A DNA stretch of 64,000 nt from Chitinophagaceae bacterium (lineage in GTDB: Bacteria; Bacteroidota; Bacteroidia; Chitinophagales; Chitinophagaceae). The DNA lies in assembly GCA_041743125.1 (NCBI GenBank), contig JBGTNK010000025.1, positions 5,969 to 69,968 of the forward strand, in the 5' to 3' direction. This document shows positions 21,117 to 31,046 of the stretch, piece by piece. The notes under the pieces were generated by a model. It did not search any database. It was given only the letters and a program-made list of their open reading frames with translations, and was not told where the DNA came from. The translations under genes were made by a program, and so were the position numbers. Each line of letters starts with the position of its first letter. Within the stretch, counting starts at the first letter, position 1.

Positions 21117-22154
21117 ATGAAACCCAAAAAAGAAACAACCATATATGATATAGCGCAAAAGCTTGCCCTCTCATCTGCTACAATAAGCAGAGGTCTGCAA
21201 AACAATCCGGCCATTAATAAAAACACCCGAAGAAGGATTCAGGAAACCGCCCGAGAATTGGGATACAGGCATAACAACTTTGCCAGCAATCTCAGAAAAC
21301 AAAAGACCAATACCATTGGAGTAATAGTACATGAACTAAACAGTAATTTCATAACATCTGTGCTGGCTGGTATAGAAAAAATAACCACGGAAGCCGGCTA
21401 TGACCTGATCATTGCGCATTCCTCAGAAAGCTACGAGAAGGAAACGGCCAATGCGCTAAACTTGTTTCATAAAAGGGTTGATGGATTAATCGCTTCCCTT
21501 GCTTTTGATACAAAAGACCTGGAACACTATAAATTATATGAGGACAGAGGAATACCTGTAATATTCTTTGATAGAGTGGAAGAAAAAAATGAGGGAATTA
21601 AGGTAATTATTGATAACTATAAGTGCGGATACCAGGCTACCCAGCACTTAATAGAACAGGGTTGTAAAAAAATTGTATTGGTAACGGCCAGTTTGAAAAG
21701 AAATGTGTACGACCAGCGGCATAAGGGATATAGAGATGCTTTATTTGATAATAAGATTCCGTTTGATAAAAATCTTATCCTTATTAAAGACCTGAGTGAA
21801 CAGTGCGGAGTGGAAGCTGCACTTCAAATTTTGCAGATGAACCCGTTGCCTGATGGAGCTTTTATTACCAATGATTTTTCCGCAGCCATTTGTATGCAAA
21901 CTCTTAAAGAAAAGGGAATAAGAATTCCCGAGGATATTGCCATTGTTGGCTTTAATAATGATGCTATCAGTAAAATAATAGAACCTCAATTGACTACGAT
22001 TCACTACCCGGGTAAAGACATGGGAGAAATAGCGGCCCGTAATCTGATCAACCATTTAAAAGGAATTTCCAATATTAAACTTACCAACACGATTGTAATT
22101 AAATCAGAACTAATTATCAGAAAATCTTCACTCAGAAAACAAATTACTTCCTGA
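21117..22154 (+). CDS. LacI family transcriptional regulator (copy 2)
   Basis: HTH TTIYDIAQKLALSSATISRGL; 345 aa, colinear with copy 1. Confidence 0.95.
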   Translation: MKPKKETTIYDIAQKLALSSATISRGLQNNPAINKNTRRRIQETARELGYRHNNFASNLRKQKTNTIGVIVHELNSNFITSVLAGIEKITTEAGYDLIIAHSSESYEKETANALNLFHKRVDGLIASLAFDTKDLEHYKLYEDRGIPVIFFDRVEEKNEGIKVIIDNYKCGYQATQHLIEQGCKKIVLVTASLKRNVYDQRHKGYRDALFDNKIPFDKNLILIKDLSEQCGVEAALQILQMNPLPDGAFITNDFSAAICMQTLKEKGIRIPEDIAIVGFNNDAISKIIEPQLTTIHYPGKDMGEIAARNLINHLKGISNIKLTNTIVIKSELIIRKSSLRKQITS

Positions 22155-22167
22155 ACTTATTCGACAT

Positions 22168-24357
22168 ATGAAACAAATTACTTCCATATTTTTTTTATTA
22201 TTTCTTTTTCTTGATTTGTATGCAGAAGATGGCTATGATCTGTGGCTCAGGTATAAATTAATTGAAGATCCCCAGTTGCTTTCAACTTATCGAAAAACGA
22301 TCCGCGGTATAAATATGCCTGCTGACTCACCAACACTTTCCGTTGCCAGTGAAGAATTAAAGATGGGATTAATTGGTTTACTTGGAAAAAAAATTCCGGA
22401 GTTCTCTTCATTAGAAAACGGGACCCTGCTGGCCAGTCGAATAAACAAACAAAACATTGTTTCATCATTTATAACAAAGGAACAGGAAAACTCCTTAGGA
22501 AAGGAGGGGTTCATTATCCGATCAGTAAATTATAAAGGAAAAAAAATAACAGTTATAACAAGCCAGTCAGACATTGGGGTTTTATATGGGATCTTTCATT
22601 TCCTCCGCCTGGTTCAAACACAGCAATCCCTTTCAGATCTTAATATCACCTCTGCTCCTGCATTACAATTACGGCTGTTAAATCATTGGGATAACCTGAC
22701 CAGGTATGTAGAAAGAGGATATGCGGGTATATCCATATTTAACTGGCACACTTTGCCTGGTTATAATGATCCGAGATATAAGGATTATGCCCGGGCCAAT
22801 GCATCCATAGGGATCAATGGAGTTTCATTGACCAATGTAAATGCCAGTGCAGTCATATTAACAAAGCCATACCTTGAAAAATTTGCGGCCCTGGCCGATC
22901 TGTTCCGGCCTTACGGTATTAAAGTTTATCTGACAGCCCGGTTCAGTGCTCCTATAGAAATTGGAAAATTAAAAACAGCAGATCCCCTGAATGATTCAGT
23001 ACAACAATGGTGGAATGATAAGGCAAAAGAAATTTATCAATTGATCCCGGACTTCGGAGGTTTTTTGGTTAAAGCCAATTCAGAAGGGCAACCCGGGCCA
23101 CAAAATTATGGCAGAGATCATGCTGATGGCGCCAATATGCTTGCTGACGCACTGGCACCTTATAATGGAATTATTATATGGCGGGCATTTGTTTATAGTC
23201 AACAATCAAATGACCGCTTTAAGCAGGCTTACGAAGAATTTAAACCACTTGATGGGAAATTCAGAAAAAATGTCCTGGTACAAGTAAAAAATGGACCGAT
23301 TGATTTTCAACCCAGGGAGCCTTTTTCCCCTTTATTTGGTGCTATGAAACACACCCCTCTCATGATGGAATTTCAATTAACACAGGAATACCTGGGCCAG
23401 GGAACACATTTAGTTTATGAGGCTCCCATGTTTAAAGAAGTTTTAAATGCAGAAACCTTTGGAAAAAATTCTGGTAAAGCCTCTGCTGATAGCAAAAAAA
23501 CGGTAGATCAACAATCCCACGCTACGGTAGCCAGGGTAATTGATGGTAGTCTAAATAATGACTCATTAAATGGCATGGCAGGAGTTTCCAATATTGGGAA
23601 TGAGAGAAACTGGACAGGTCACCTTTTTGGCCAATCCAATTGGTATTCACTCGGCAGATTAGCCTGGAACTTAGAATTAAACAGTGATCAAATTGCTGAT
23701 GAATGGATTCGACAAACATTTAACAACAACCCTGTTTTTGTTAACTCGGCAAAAAAAATAATGCTGGCCTCTCATGAAGCATTAGTAAATTATATGACAC
23801 CTTTGGGATTAAATCATATTATGGGGAATGGCCATCATTATGGCCCGGCACCCTGGAGTGACAATTTACCAAGACCTGATTGGAATCCGGTTTATTATCA
23901 TAAAGCTGACTCATTTGGGATTGGCTTTGATAGAACTGAAAGCGGAACGAATGCTTTAGAACAATATGAGCCCGAAGTCCGTAAAAAATATAAGAATGTA
24001 AATACCTGCGATGAGAAATATCTATTATGGTTTCATCATGTAAGTTGGAAACACAAAATGAAATCCGGAAGAATATTGTGGGAGGAATTATGTTTTAAAT
24101 ATAATGAAGGAGTTAGGGACATAAGATCTATTCAGCAGGAATGGAATCAATTGGAAAAATTCATTGACAAAGGAAGATTTCAGCATGTAAAGATGTTGCT
24201 GGCCATCCAGGTAAAAGACGCCATATGGTGGCGTAATGCATGCTTACTCTACTTTCAAACATTCAGCCAGATGAAGATTCCAGATGAATATGAAAAGCCT
24301 GATAATACGCTGGACTATTACAAAAGTTTGCGTTTCCCTTACGCACCCGGAAATTAA
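22168..24357 (+). CDS. aguA: GH67 alpha-glucuronidase
   Basis: Motifs EDGYDLWLRY, LNHWDNL, ERGYAG, VKANSEGQPGPQ, VKNGPIDFQPREP, EFQLTQEYLGQ; signal peptide. Confidence 0.95.
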   Translation: MKQITSIFFLLFLFLDLYAEDGYDLWLRYKLIEDPQLLSTYRKTIRGINMPADSPTLSVASEELKMGLIGLLGKKIPEFSSLENGTLLASRINKQNIVSSFITKEQENSLGKEGFIIRSVNYKGKKITVITSQSDIGVLYGIFHFLRLVQTQQSLSDLNITSAPALQLRLLNHWDNLTRYVERGYAGISIFNWHTLPGYNDPRYKDYARANASIGINGVSLTNVNASAVILTKPYLEKFAALADLFRPYGIKVYLTARFSAPIEIGKLKTADPLNDSVQQWWNDKAKEIYQLIPDFGGFLVKANSEGQPGPQNYGRDHADGANMLADALAPYNGIIIWRAFVYSQQSNDRFKQAYEEFKPLDGKFRKNVLVQVKNGPIDFQPREPFSPLFGAMKHTPLMMEFQLTQEYLGQGTHLVYEAPMFKEVLNAETFGKNSGKASADSKKTVDQQSHATVARVIDGSLNNDSLNGMAGVSNIGNERNWTGHLFGQSNWYSLGRLAWNLELNSDQIADEWIRQTFNNNPVFVNSAKKIMLASHEALVNYMTPLGLNHIMGNGHHYGPAPWSDNLPRPDWNPVYYHKADSFGIGFDRTESGTNALEQYEPEVRKKYKNVNTCDEKYLLWFHHVSWKHKMKSGRILWEELCFKYNEGVRDIRSIQQEWNQLEKFIDKGRFQHVKMLLAIQVKDAIWWRNACLLYFQTFSQMKIPDEYEKPDNTLDYYKSLRFPYAPGN

Positions 24358-24400
24358 AATCATTAGATTTATTTTTACCAGAACTAATAATTAACAAACA

Positions 24401-25150
24401 ATGACAATTCAAAACAAAAAAGTAGCTATCGTTACGGGCGGTGGCTCGGGAATAGGGCTGGCTATAGCCGAAAAATTTACAGGCGCCGGCATACACACCG
24501 TTATCGTGGGCAGAGATACGAACAAGCTGGAAAAGTCAAAAAAACAATTGGGGGAACTTTGCTATACCATTCAGGCAGATCTTAGCGACCTGGCTACTAT
24601 TCCCTTATTGATAGAAAATATTGTAAAGCAGTTCGGGCAGATTGATATTTTGGTCAACAACGCCGGAATCAATATGAAAAAAGATATTATTGAAGTTTCA
24701 GACGAGGATTTTCAGAAAGTCATCACCACTAATTTATGTGCTGTTTTTGCCATCTCCCGGGAAGTTATCAAACACATGTTGCCCAGAAAAAGTGGCTCTA
24801 TCATAAACATCAGTTCTATGGCTGCGCAGTATGGATTGCCCAGGGTAATTGGATACAGTGCTTCAAAAACGGCCATTGATGGAATGACCAGGGCTATGGC
24901 CGTTGAACTATCACCAAAAGGTATCAGGATAAATGCCATTGCCCCTGGTTTTATAGAAACCGATATGACCGCTACCGCCCTGAACAGCGATCCGGAACGC
25001 AAACAAAAAGTATTTTCCAGAACTCCTATGGGCTACATGGGAAAGCCATCCGATATTGGCGATGCTGCTTTGTTTCTTGCAACGGATGCTGCCGGATATA
25101 TTACCGGTGTTGTACTTCCGGTAGATGGAGGAAATTCAATTGGATTTTAA
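24401..25150 (+). CDS. SDR oxidoreductase (gluconate 5-dehydrogenase/KduD-like; candidate fructuronate/mannonate oxidoreductase)
   Basis: TGGGSGIG, NNAG, YSASK catalytic motif. Follows aguA in a locus that also has uxuA; the substrate is inferred. Confidence 0.8.
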   Translation: MTIQNKKVAIVTGGGSGIGLAIAEKFTGAGIHTVIVGRDTNKLEKSKKQLGELCYTIQADLSDLATIPLLIENIVKQFGQIDILVNNAGINMKKDIIEVSDEDFQKVITTNLCAVFAISREVIKHMLPRKSGSIINISSMAAQYGLPRVIGYSASKTAIDGMTRAMAVELSPKGIRINAIAPGFIETDMTATALNSDPERKQKVFSRTPMGYMGKPSDIGDAALFLATDAAGYITGVVLPVDGGNSIGF

Positions 25151-25160
25151 TAGCGTTATT

Positions 25161-27239
25161 TTAGTAGGAAAATATTCTTTGTAACGCCTGATTAACTTTT
25201 TGACCATTAGGCAGCATTGCTTCCTCGAGTTTAATATTCATTGGCACAGCTGGGAGATTAAGAGCTCCTATTACTTCAACGGGAACATCAAGAAATTGAA
25301 AACAGTTTTTAGATATTCGACCGGCTAATGCCTCTGCAAATGAATTGTTTTGTTGTTCTTCGGTTACAATCAAGCATTTTCCATGCAGCTTCACCCGTTC
25401 AAAAATCAACTCTTCATCAAGCGGATGCAGCGTACGAAGATCCACAATTTCAATTTTCCCGTTAAAACTTTTTGCTGCTGAAAGAGACCAATATATTCCC
25501 ATTCCATAGCTAATTATAACACAACTATCTCCCAAATCAATTGAAGCCTGGCTGGCTTTCAATACTATATTTCCTTTACCAAGCGGAATGATATAGTCTC
25601 TTGATGGCTCCGGGCTCTTTGCTTTTTCAGTTCCGGGTACTTTACTCCAATAAAGCCCTTTATGTTCCAGGAGGATGACAGGGTTCCTATCATAGAAAGC
25701 CGCTTTCATTAACCCCTTCATATCTGCTGCATTGGAAGGATATACTACTTTGATACCTTTTATTGAAAGCAGGGTTGATTCTATACTTCCACTATGATAG
25801 GGACCTCCACCGCCGTAAGCCCCGGTTGGCACACGAAGGATCATCGATACTGGGAATTTCCCACAACTCAGATAACAACTTTTTGAAACCTCCGTGACCA
25901 ATTGATTGATGGCCGGATAAATATAATCTGCAAACTGAACCTCTACGATAGGAACTAATCCCACTGCACTCATGCCTACTGTAGAACCTACGATATAAGC
26001 TTCCTGTATGGCCGTATTGAAAACCCGGTGATCACCAAATTGCTGAGCCAGCGTAGCAGCTTCCCTGAAAACACCACCTAGTCTTCTACCCACATCCTGC
26101 CCATATAAAACCGCTTCAGGATGATCCTCCATTATTTCGCGGATGGCAAATAAAGCGGCATCGACCATCACTATTTTTTCAGCACCTTCCGGTGCTCTTT
26201 CCCCTTTTTCATGGAGTACCGGAGTTGGAACAAATATATGTTCCTGGACCCTGGCAACCTCTGGTTCAGGAGAAGCAATTGCGCTTGAAAATTCTTGTTC
26301 AACCATGGCATTTGCTTCTTCTTCTATTTTCAGTAATTCGCTTTCTTCTACACCTTTTTCTAAAAGTTTTATTCTCAATTTAAGTCGGGGACAATGTCTT
26401 AAATGCTTTGCCCAATCATCATCCGATCTATAAAATTCTTTTCTAACTCCACTGGTATGATGGCCCAGCAAAGGAACCTGTGCATGAACAAGCCAGGGCT
26501 TTCCTTCTTTCCTGATACTATCGCATACAAACTTCATCACTTCAAAAGATGCTTCGAAATCGCTCCCATCAACCTGGATCCGGTTCATACCTTTAAACCC
26601 TGCTGCAAATTCAAATGCATTCATAGTTCTAGATTCCTCTGCTTTTACACTGATACCCCAATTGTTATCTTGTATTAGGTATATAATTGGCAGTTGCTTT
26701 AAGACAGCAAACTGAAACGCCTCACTGACTTCTCCTTCAGTAATACTGGCATCTCCAAGAGAACAAATAACAAGAGGCGAAATGCCTTTATTAATTGCAG
26801 AAAGAATCTTTTCGGAGTTCGCCTCCGGGAAAACGGACAAATATTGAATACCCTGGGCAATACCTGTGGTGGGAATAACCTGCATTCCGGTGGCACTGCT
26901 TTGATGTATAATTGTGGGTTTATCTTTATCCCGGTAATTGGGATGAGCATAATATTCCCGTCCGCCAGTGAATATATCATCGCCTTTGGCAAGTAATTGT
27001 AACATTAATTCAAAGGGTGTAAAACCCAACCCAAGCAGCATACTTTCATCCCGGTAATATGGGCTTACAAAATCCTGGGGCAACAATTGATATGCAGTTG
27101 CAAGTTGAATGGCTTCATGCCCCCTGGAAGTAGAATGTACATATTTACAAATTGTTCGGTTGGCCTCATACGTTTCAGCCATTTTTTTTACAAGGCTCAT
27201 TGCCCTGAATGCTTTTTTCAATATGGTAATATCAATCAT
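25161..27239 (-). CDS. Fused alpha/beta E1 component of a 2-oxoacid (probably branched-chain) dehydrogenase
   Basis: TSRGHEA, GDASITEGE...DNNWGIS (TPP motif), YGQDVG, FNTAIQE, EHKGLY. Confidence 0.88.
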   Translation of the reverse strand: MIDITILKKAFRAMSLVKKMAETYEANRTICKYVHSTSRGHEAIQLATAYQLLPQDFVSPYYRDESMLLGLGFTPFELMLQLLAKGDDIFTGGREYYAHPNYRDKDKPTIIHQSSATGMQVIPTTGIAQGIQYLSVFPEANSEKILSAINKGISPLVICSLGDASITEGEVSEAFQFAVLKQLPIIYLIQDNNWGISVKAEESRTMNAFEFAAGFKGMNRIQVDGSDFEASFEVMKFVCDSIRKEGKPWLVHAQVPLLGHHTSGVRKEFYRSDDDWAKHLRHCPRLKLRIKLLEKGVEESELLKIEEEANAMVEQEFSSAIASPEPEVARVQEHIFVPTPVLHEKGERAPEGAEKIVMVDAALFAIREIMEDHPEAVLYGQDVGRRLGGVFREAATLAQQFGDHRVFNTAIQEAYIVGSTVGMSAVGLVPIVEVQFADYIYPAINQLVTEVSKSCYLSCGKFPVSMILRVPTGAYGGGGPYHSGSIESTLLSIKGIKVVYPSNAADMKGLMKAAFYDRNPVILLEHKGLYWSKVPGTEKAKSPEPSRDYIIPLGKGNIVLKASQASIDLGDSCVIISYGMGIYWSLSAAKSFNGKIEIVDLRTLHPLDEELIFERVKLHGKCLIVTEEQQNNSFAEALAGRISKNCFQFLDVPVEVIGALNLPAVPMNIKLEEAMLPNGQKVNQALQRIFSY

Positions 27240-27278
27240 CTATGTCGTTTCATTCTTTGCAATGCTCAGCAAGGTGCA

Positions 27279-27286
27279 CAAATTTA
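27279..27286 (-). promoter_or_regulatory. Bacteroidota -7 promoter box for the E1 gene
   Basis: Minus strand TAAATTTG (TAnnTTTG), 39 nt upstream of the ATG. Confidence 0.55.
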
Positions 27287-27405
27287 GGGGGAAGAAAGTT
27301 ATAATCTAACGAAGAAAAACGGCTTTTTAATGAGAAGGACTGGTTGGTTTATAATTACTTTGATCCAGGTTGCCACTCCTATTAAAAGAATTCAAATAAA
27401 TAAAA

Positions 27406-27436
27406 AATAACCATCCCCTTATAAGAGATGGTTATT
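27406..27436 (-). terminator. Intrinsic terminator downstream of the FAH-family gene
   Basis: 10-bp inverted repeat AATAACCATC...GATGGTTATT followed by a U-rich run on the minus strand. Confidence 0.7.
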
Positions 27437-27471
27437 ATAAGCAATTGGTTTGAAAATAATTAAATGCGAGT

Positions 27472-28083
27472 TTATTTAATTGTCAGGTTAAACATGCTTA
27501 CGTCCTCGAGCATGCCTTCTAACTCGTCACCCACTACTGTTTCACCCACTCCCGCAGGAGTCCCTGTAAAAATAACATCACCAATATTTACTGAGAAATA
27601 GTTAGAAATATAGGCGACTATGCTATCAAAATCGAAAATCATTTTAGAGGAATCCCCCTGCTGCACTAATTCTTTGTTCTTGTAAAGCCCAAATTTTATA
27701 TCGTTCCTGTTTTTTATTTCAGGTAATGTTACCCATTTGCCGATAACAGCCGAATTATCCCAGGATTTTGCCTTTTCCCACGGCAGACCCTTAGCTTTCA
27801 ATTCATTTTGAATATCTCTGGCAGTAAAATCAATGCCGGTAGTGATTGCATCATAATATTTTCCCGCAAATTTATCTTGGATGTACTTTCCATTTTTACA
27901 AATGCGCAAAACAAGCTCACATTCATAATTAAGCTCATTCGTAAACTCCGGATAGTAAAATGGTGCATGCGGTTGAAGTAATGCACTCTTAGGTTTCATA
28001 AATATGACTGGCTCATCAGGAATTTCATTTCCAAGTTCTTGAGCATGTGATTCATAATTACGGCCTACACAAAAAATCTTCAT
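27472..28083 (-). CDS. Fumarylacetoacetate hydrolase family protein
   Basis: Motifs CVGRNYESH, FMKP, YECEL, GDVIFTGTPAGVG. Confidence 0.9.
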   Translation of the reverse strand: MKIFCVGRNYESHAQELGNEIPDEPVIFMKPKSALLQPHAPFYYPEFTNELNYECELVLRICKNGKYIQDKFAGKYYDAITTGIDFTARDIQNELKAKGLPWEKAKSWDNSAVIGKWVTLPEIKNRNDIKFGLYKNKELVQQGDSSKMIFDFDSIVAYISNYFSVNIGDVIFTGTPAGVGETVVGDELEGMLEDVSMFNLTIK

Positions 28084-28228
28084 AATCAGGGTGGTTGGTG
28101 TTAAAATACATCGGATACTTCTTGTTAACGGTTGATCCCATATATATCAGCTAAACAAAAGGGTAATTGGAGTCTAAGCATCAAAGGGTTGGAATGCTAA
28201 AATAAGTAATCAATATGACTTATCATAA

Positions 28229-28798
28229 TCAAAACTTGTGATTATTTACTTCGTTCATAGCAAAGGTTATTCCCCTGGTGGCAAAATTCTCAATTACTTC
28301 AATCGATTTGTCTATTTTAAGCTTTATAATAATTTCTTCTTCCGGATTCCACTTGCTTAAAACAAAATCGGATTGGCGGCCTTTTGGAAAATTATTGCCG
28401 ATCCCAAATCTGAGCCTTGGGTATTCCGTTGTCCCTATTAACTCCTGGATGCTTCTCAGGCCATTGTGACCACCATCACTACCAGCTTTCTTCAATCTCA
28501 ATTTTTCGACCGGAACAGCCAGGTCATCCAGAACTACCAGGATGTTATCAGCTAATATTTTTTCCTTATCCATCCAGTATTTTACCGCCCGTCCGCTAAG
28601 ATTTACATAAGTAGTGGGGCAAATACATATAATTATTTTTCCTTTCCATTTTATTTCAGAAACATAGGCTAATCTATCCAAATTAAATTTCCCGCCATGC
28701 TTGTTCACAAATGCATTAACCACATCAAAACCTATGTTATGCCTGGAATGCGCATATTCGTCACCAATATTACCCAATCCAATAATCAAATATTTCAT
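28229..28798 (-). CDS. pth: Peptidyl-tRNA hydrolase
   Basis: Motifs GLGNIG..Y...RHNIGF, DDL, GGHNGL; prs-rplY-pth gene order. Confidence 0.96.
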   Translation of the reverse strand: MKYLIIGLGNIGDEYAHSRHNIGFDVVNAFVNKHGGKFNLDRLAYVSEIKWKGKIIICICPTTYVNLSGRAVKYWMDKEKILADNILVVLDDLAVPVEKLRLKKAGSDGGHNGLRSIQELIGTTEYPRLRFGIGNNFPKGRQSDFVLSKWNPEEEIIIKLKIDKSIEVIENFATRGITFAMNEVNNHKF

Positions 28799-28881
28799 AT
28801 GCTATAAATCATATTGAATAAAGTGTTGGAAAATCCTGCATGCATTTTGAGTATGAGGCTAAATATTGCATTAAATTATTT

Positions 28882-28911
28882 AAAAAACCCGCCTGCATAA
28901 GCAAAGCGGGT
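28882..28911 (-). terminator. Intrinsic terminator downstream of rplY
   Basis: ACCCGC...GCGGGT stem followed by a T-run on the minus strand. Confidence 0.6.
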
Positions 28912-28939
28912 GTATTAATAAATTTAAATATTCGCATCA

Positions 28940-29596
28940 TTATTTTTTCCCGGCAGCCGGTGCAGCTTTTGCAGCGACGGGAGCAGCCTTTGAAGCGGGG
29001 GCAGCTGCTGCTGCGGCCGGAGCAGCAGGTGCAGTAGCTTCCTCCTGCTTTAATTGCCTAGTTAAAACTACAGAGGCAATCGGAATACGGGGAGAATTTA
29101 ATATCTCATAATTATCCAATTTCACATCTTCTACGCGGATATTTCCATTCAATTCAAGGTCATCTATGGATACTTCAATTTGCTCTTTCAGATACTTAGG
29201 AAAGGTTTTTACTTTCAACGAATTCAATTTGGCTACAAATTTTCCACCGTCTTTTACTCCTTTTGAAACCCCTGTAAATTTCAAAGGTATTGTCGCAACT
29301 ACTTTCTTATCTTCTACTAATTCTAATAGGTCTATATGTATCAGGTGGTCGCTAACCTTATCGAATTGAAGGTCCTTTAAAATGCATTTGTAGGTTTTTC
29401 CTTCCATTTCTACTTCAGCAAACTGGAAACTGGGTGTATATACCAAAGGTTTAAATGCCACAGCAGGAGCTGAAAAATTAATCTCCTGTGTACCTCCGTA
29501 AATTACACCTGGCACCTGGTCCTGAGAGCGGAGCTGTCGGGTGGCAGTTTTCCCGAATCCGGTCCTCAGTTGCGCCTTGATTGTAATTGATTTCAT
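28940..29596 (-). CDS. rplY: 50S ribosomal protein L25 (Ctc/TL5 long form)
   Basis: Motifs RTGFGKTATRQLR, VPGVIYG, IHIDLLE, GVKDGG; Ala/Pro/Lys-rich tail. Confidence 0.95.
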   Translation of the reverse strand: MKSITIKAQLRTGFGKTATRQLRSQDQVPGVIYGGTQEINFSAPAVAFKPLVYTPSFQFAEVEMEGKTYKCILKDLQFDKVSDHLIHIDLLELVEDKKVVATIPLKFTGVSKGVKDGGKFVAKLNSLKVKTFPKYLKEQIEVSIDDLELNGNIRVEDVKLDNYEILNSPRIPIASVVLTRQLKQEEATAPAAPAAAAAAPASKAAPVAAKAAPAAGKK

Positions 29597-29676
29597 TTTT
29601 ATTTTATTTGTTTAATTAACGTATAGAATCCGAAATGATCCAAATGGATCAAGTCATTATATTTAGAATATATCAG

Positions 29677-30624
29677 CTATTTATCTCTCCTTTGAGAATG
29701 AATAAAGAGGCTGGTGATGCTTTTATTTTCAAAAGCATTTCTAATGGCAACGGCAAATAATTCTGCTACAGAAATAACTTTGATCTTAGAACTTTCTTTT
29801 TTTATAGGAATCGTATCGCAAACCACCAGCTCCTCTAATACACTATTCTCAATATTTTCATAAGCCTTCCCACTCAACACAGGATGTGTTATTAATGCCC
29901 TAATACTCCGGGCACCTTTTTCCTTTAAAAGAGCTGCACTTTTTGCAAGTGTTCCACCAGTATCACAGATATCATCTATTATTACAATGTCTTTTCCCGT
30001 CACATCTCCAATAACAACCATACTCGCAATTTCATTTGCCCTTTTCCTGTGTTTATCACAAATCACCATTTCAGCATTGAAATAATTGGCAATTTCTCTT
30101 ACCCTATTGGTAGATCCCACGTCAGGGGCGGCGAAGGTAAGGTTTTCTAACTTTAAATTTTCAATGTAGGGGATAAAAACTGCGTGACTATCGAGGTGAT
30201 CTACGGGTATATCAAAATAACCCTGGATTTGGGGAGCATGTAAATCCATGGTGACTATGCGATCGGCTCCTGCCGCTACTAACATATTTGCAATCAACTT
30301 ACTACCGATGGCAACCCTGGGTTTATCTTTCCTGTCCTGACGTGCGTAGCCATAATACGGCAGAACAGCAATAACCTTATAGGCTGATGCCCTTCTTGCT
30401 GCATCAATCATTAATAAAAGTTCCAGAATATTGTCTGCGGGGGAGCAAGTGCTTTGAATGAGGAATACAAAATCGCCACGGATGCTTTCCATGAAAGTCG
30501 GGCTCATTTCTCCGTCGCTAAAGCGCTGAATATTAATCTTTCCCTGCTTTACTCCGTAGCGTTTGCAAATTTCGTTCGTTAAAACTCCAGAGCTTGTACC
30601 GGAAAAGATTTTGGCAGATTGCAT
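29677..30624 (-). CDS. prs: Ribose-phosphate pyrophosphokinase
   Basis: Motifs FSDGE, YGYARQDRK, DLHAPQIQGYF, DDICDTGGT. Confidence 0.97.
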   Translation of the reverse strand: MQSAKIFSGTSSGVLTNEICKRYGVKQGKINIQRFSDGEMSPTFMESIRGDFVFLIQSTCSPADNILELLLMIDAARRASAYKVIAVLPYYGYARQDRKDKPRVAIGSKLIANMLVAAGADRIVTMDLHAPQIQGYFDIPVDHLDSHAVFIPYIENLKLENLTFAAPDVGSTNRVREIANYFNAEMVICDKHRKRANEIASMVVIGDVTGKDIVIIDDICDTGGTLAKSAALLKEKGARSIRALITHPVLSGKAYENIENSVLEELVVCDTIPIKKESSKIKVISVAELFAVAIRNAFENKSITSLFIHSQRRDK

Positions 30625-30726
30625 GACTTAAATAGGTATCTAATGTAATTCTTCGGAGCGGCGAAGATATTACTATCAATGCAATCCCTATTGATCGGGC
30701 TGAAAAAAAACGCCTGAAATACTAAT

Positions 30727-30942
30727 TTAACGGACCACTGCGGCAGTTGATACCTGAACGGGAAAATTTTGCTTTTTTGCAGGCTTCTCAGTCTTAGTGG
30801 TATTATCTCCTGTATAGGAATTAAAACTGTAGAAAAGAGAAGAACATATATAAATGGAAAAAAACAGTACTACAACATACATGACAGCGAAAAACAGTAT
30901 GGGATGCAGGGCGCCCATAGTATCAGCTCTTTTAGTTTTCAT
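30727..30942 (-). CDS. Small single-TM hypothetical protein
   Basis: 71 aa with one hydrophobic helix (LFFAVMYVVVLFFSIYICSSLF). ATG AAA start after an A-rich leader, as is usual in Bacteroidota. Confidence 0.55.
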   Translation of the reverse strand: MKTKRADTMGALHPILFFAVMYVVVLFFSIYICSSLFYSFNSYTGDNTTKTEKPAKKQNFPVQVSTAAVVR

Positions 30943-31046
30943 AATAGGGGGTTTTTAAATTATTCAAAAGATGGATTTTATTACTTCACATTGACAATAC
31001 AACTTAACTTGTATTGCAGGATAAAAATATTAGCTAAACTTGTTTT

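Noticed and set aside
30625-30726. tRNA upstream of prs (common in other phyla)
   Set aside because: No cloverleaf, T-loop GTTCGA or CCA end found by eye.
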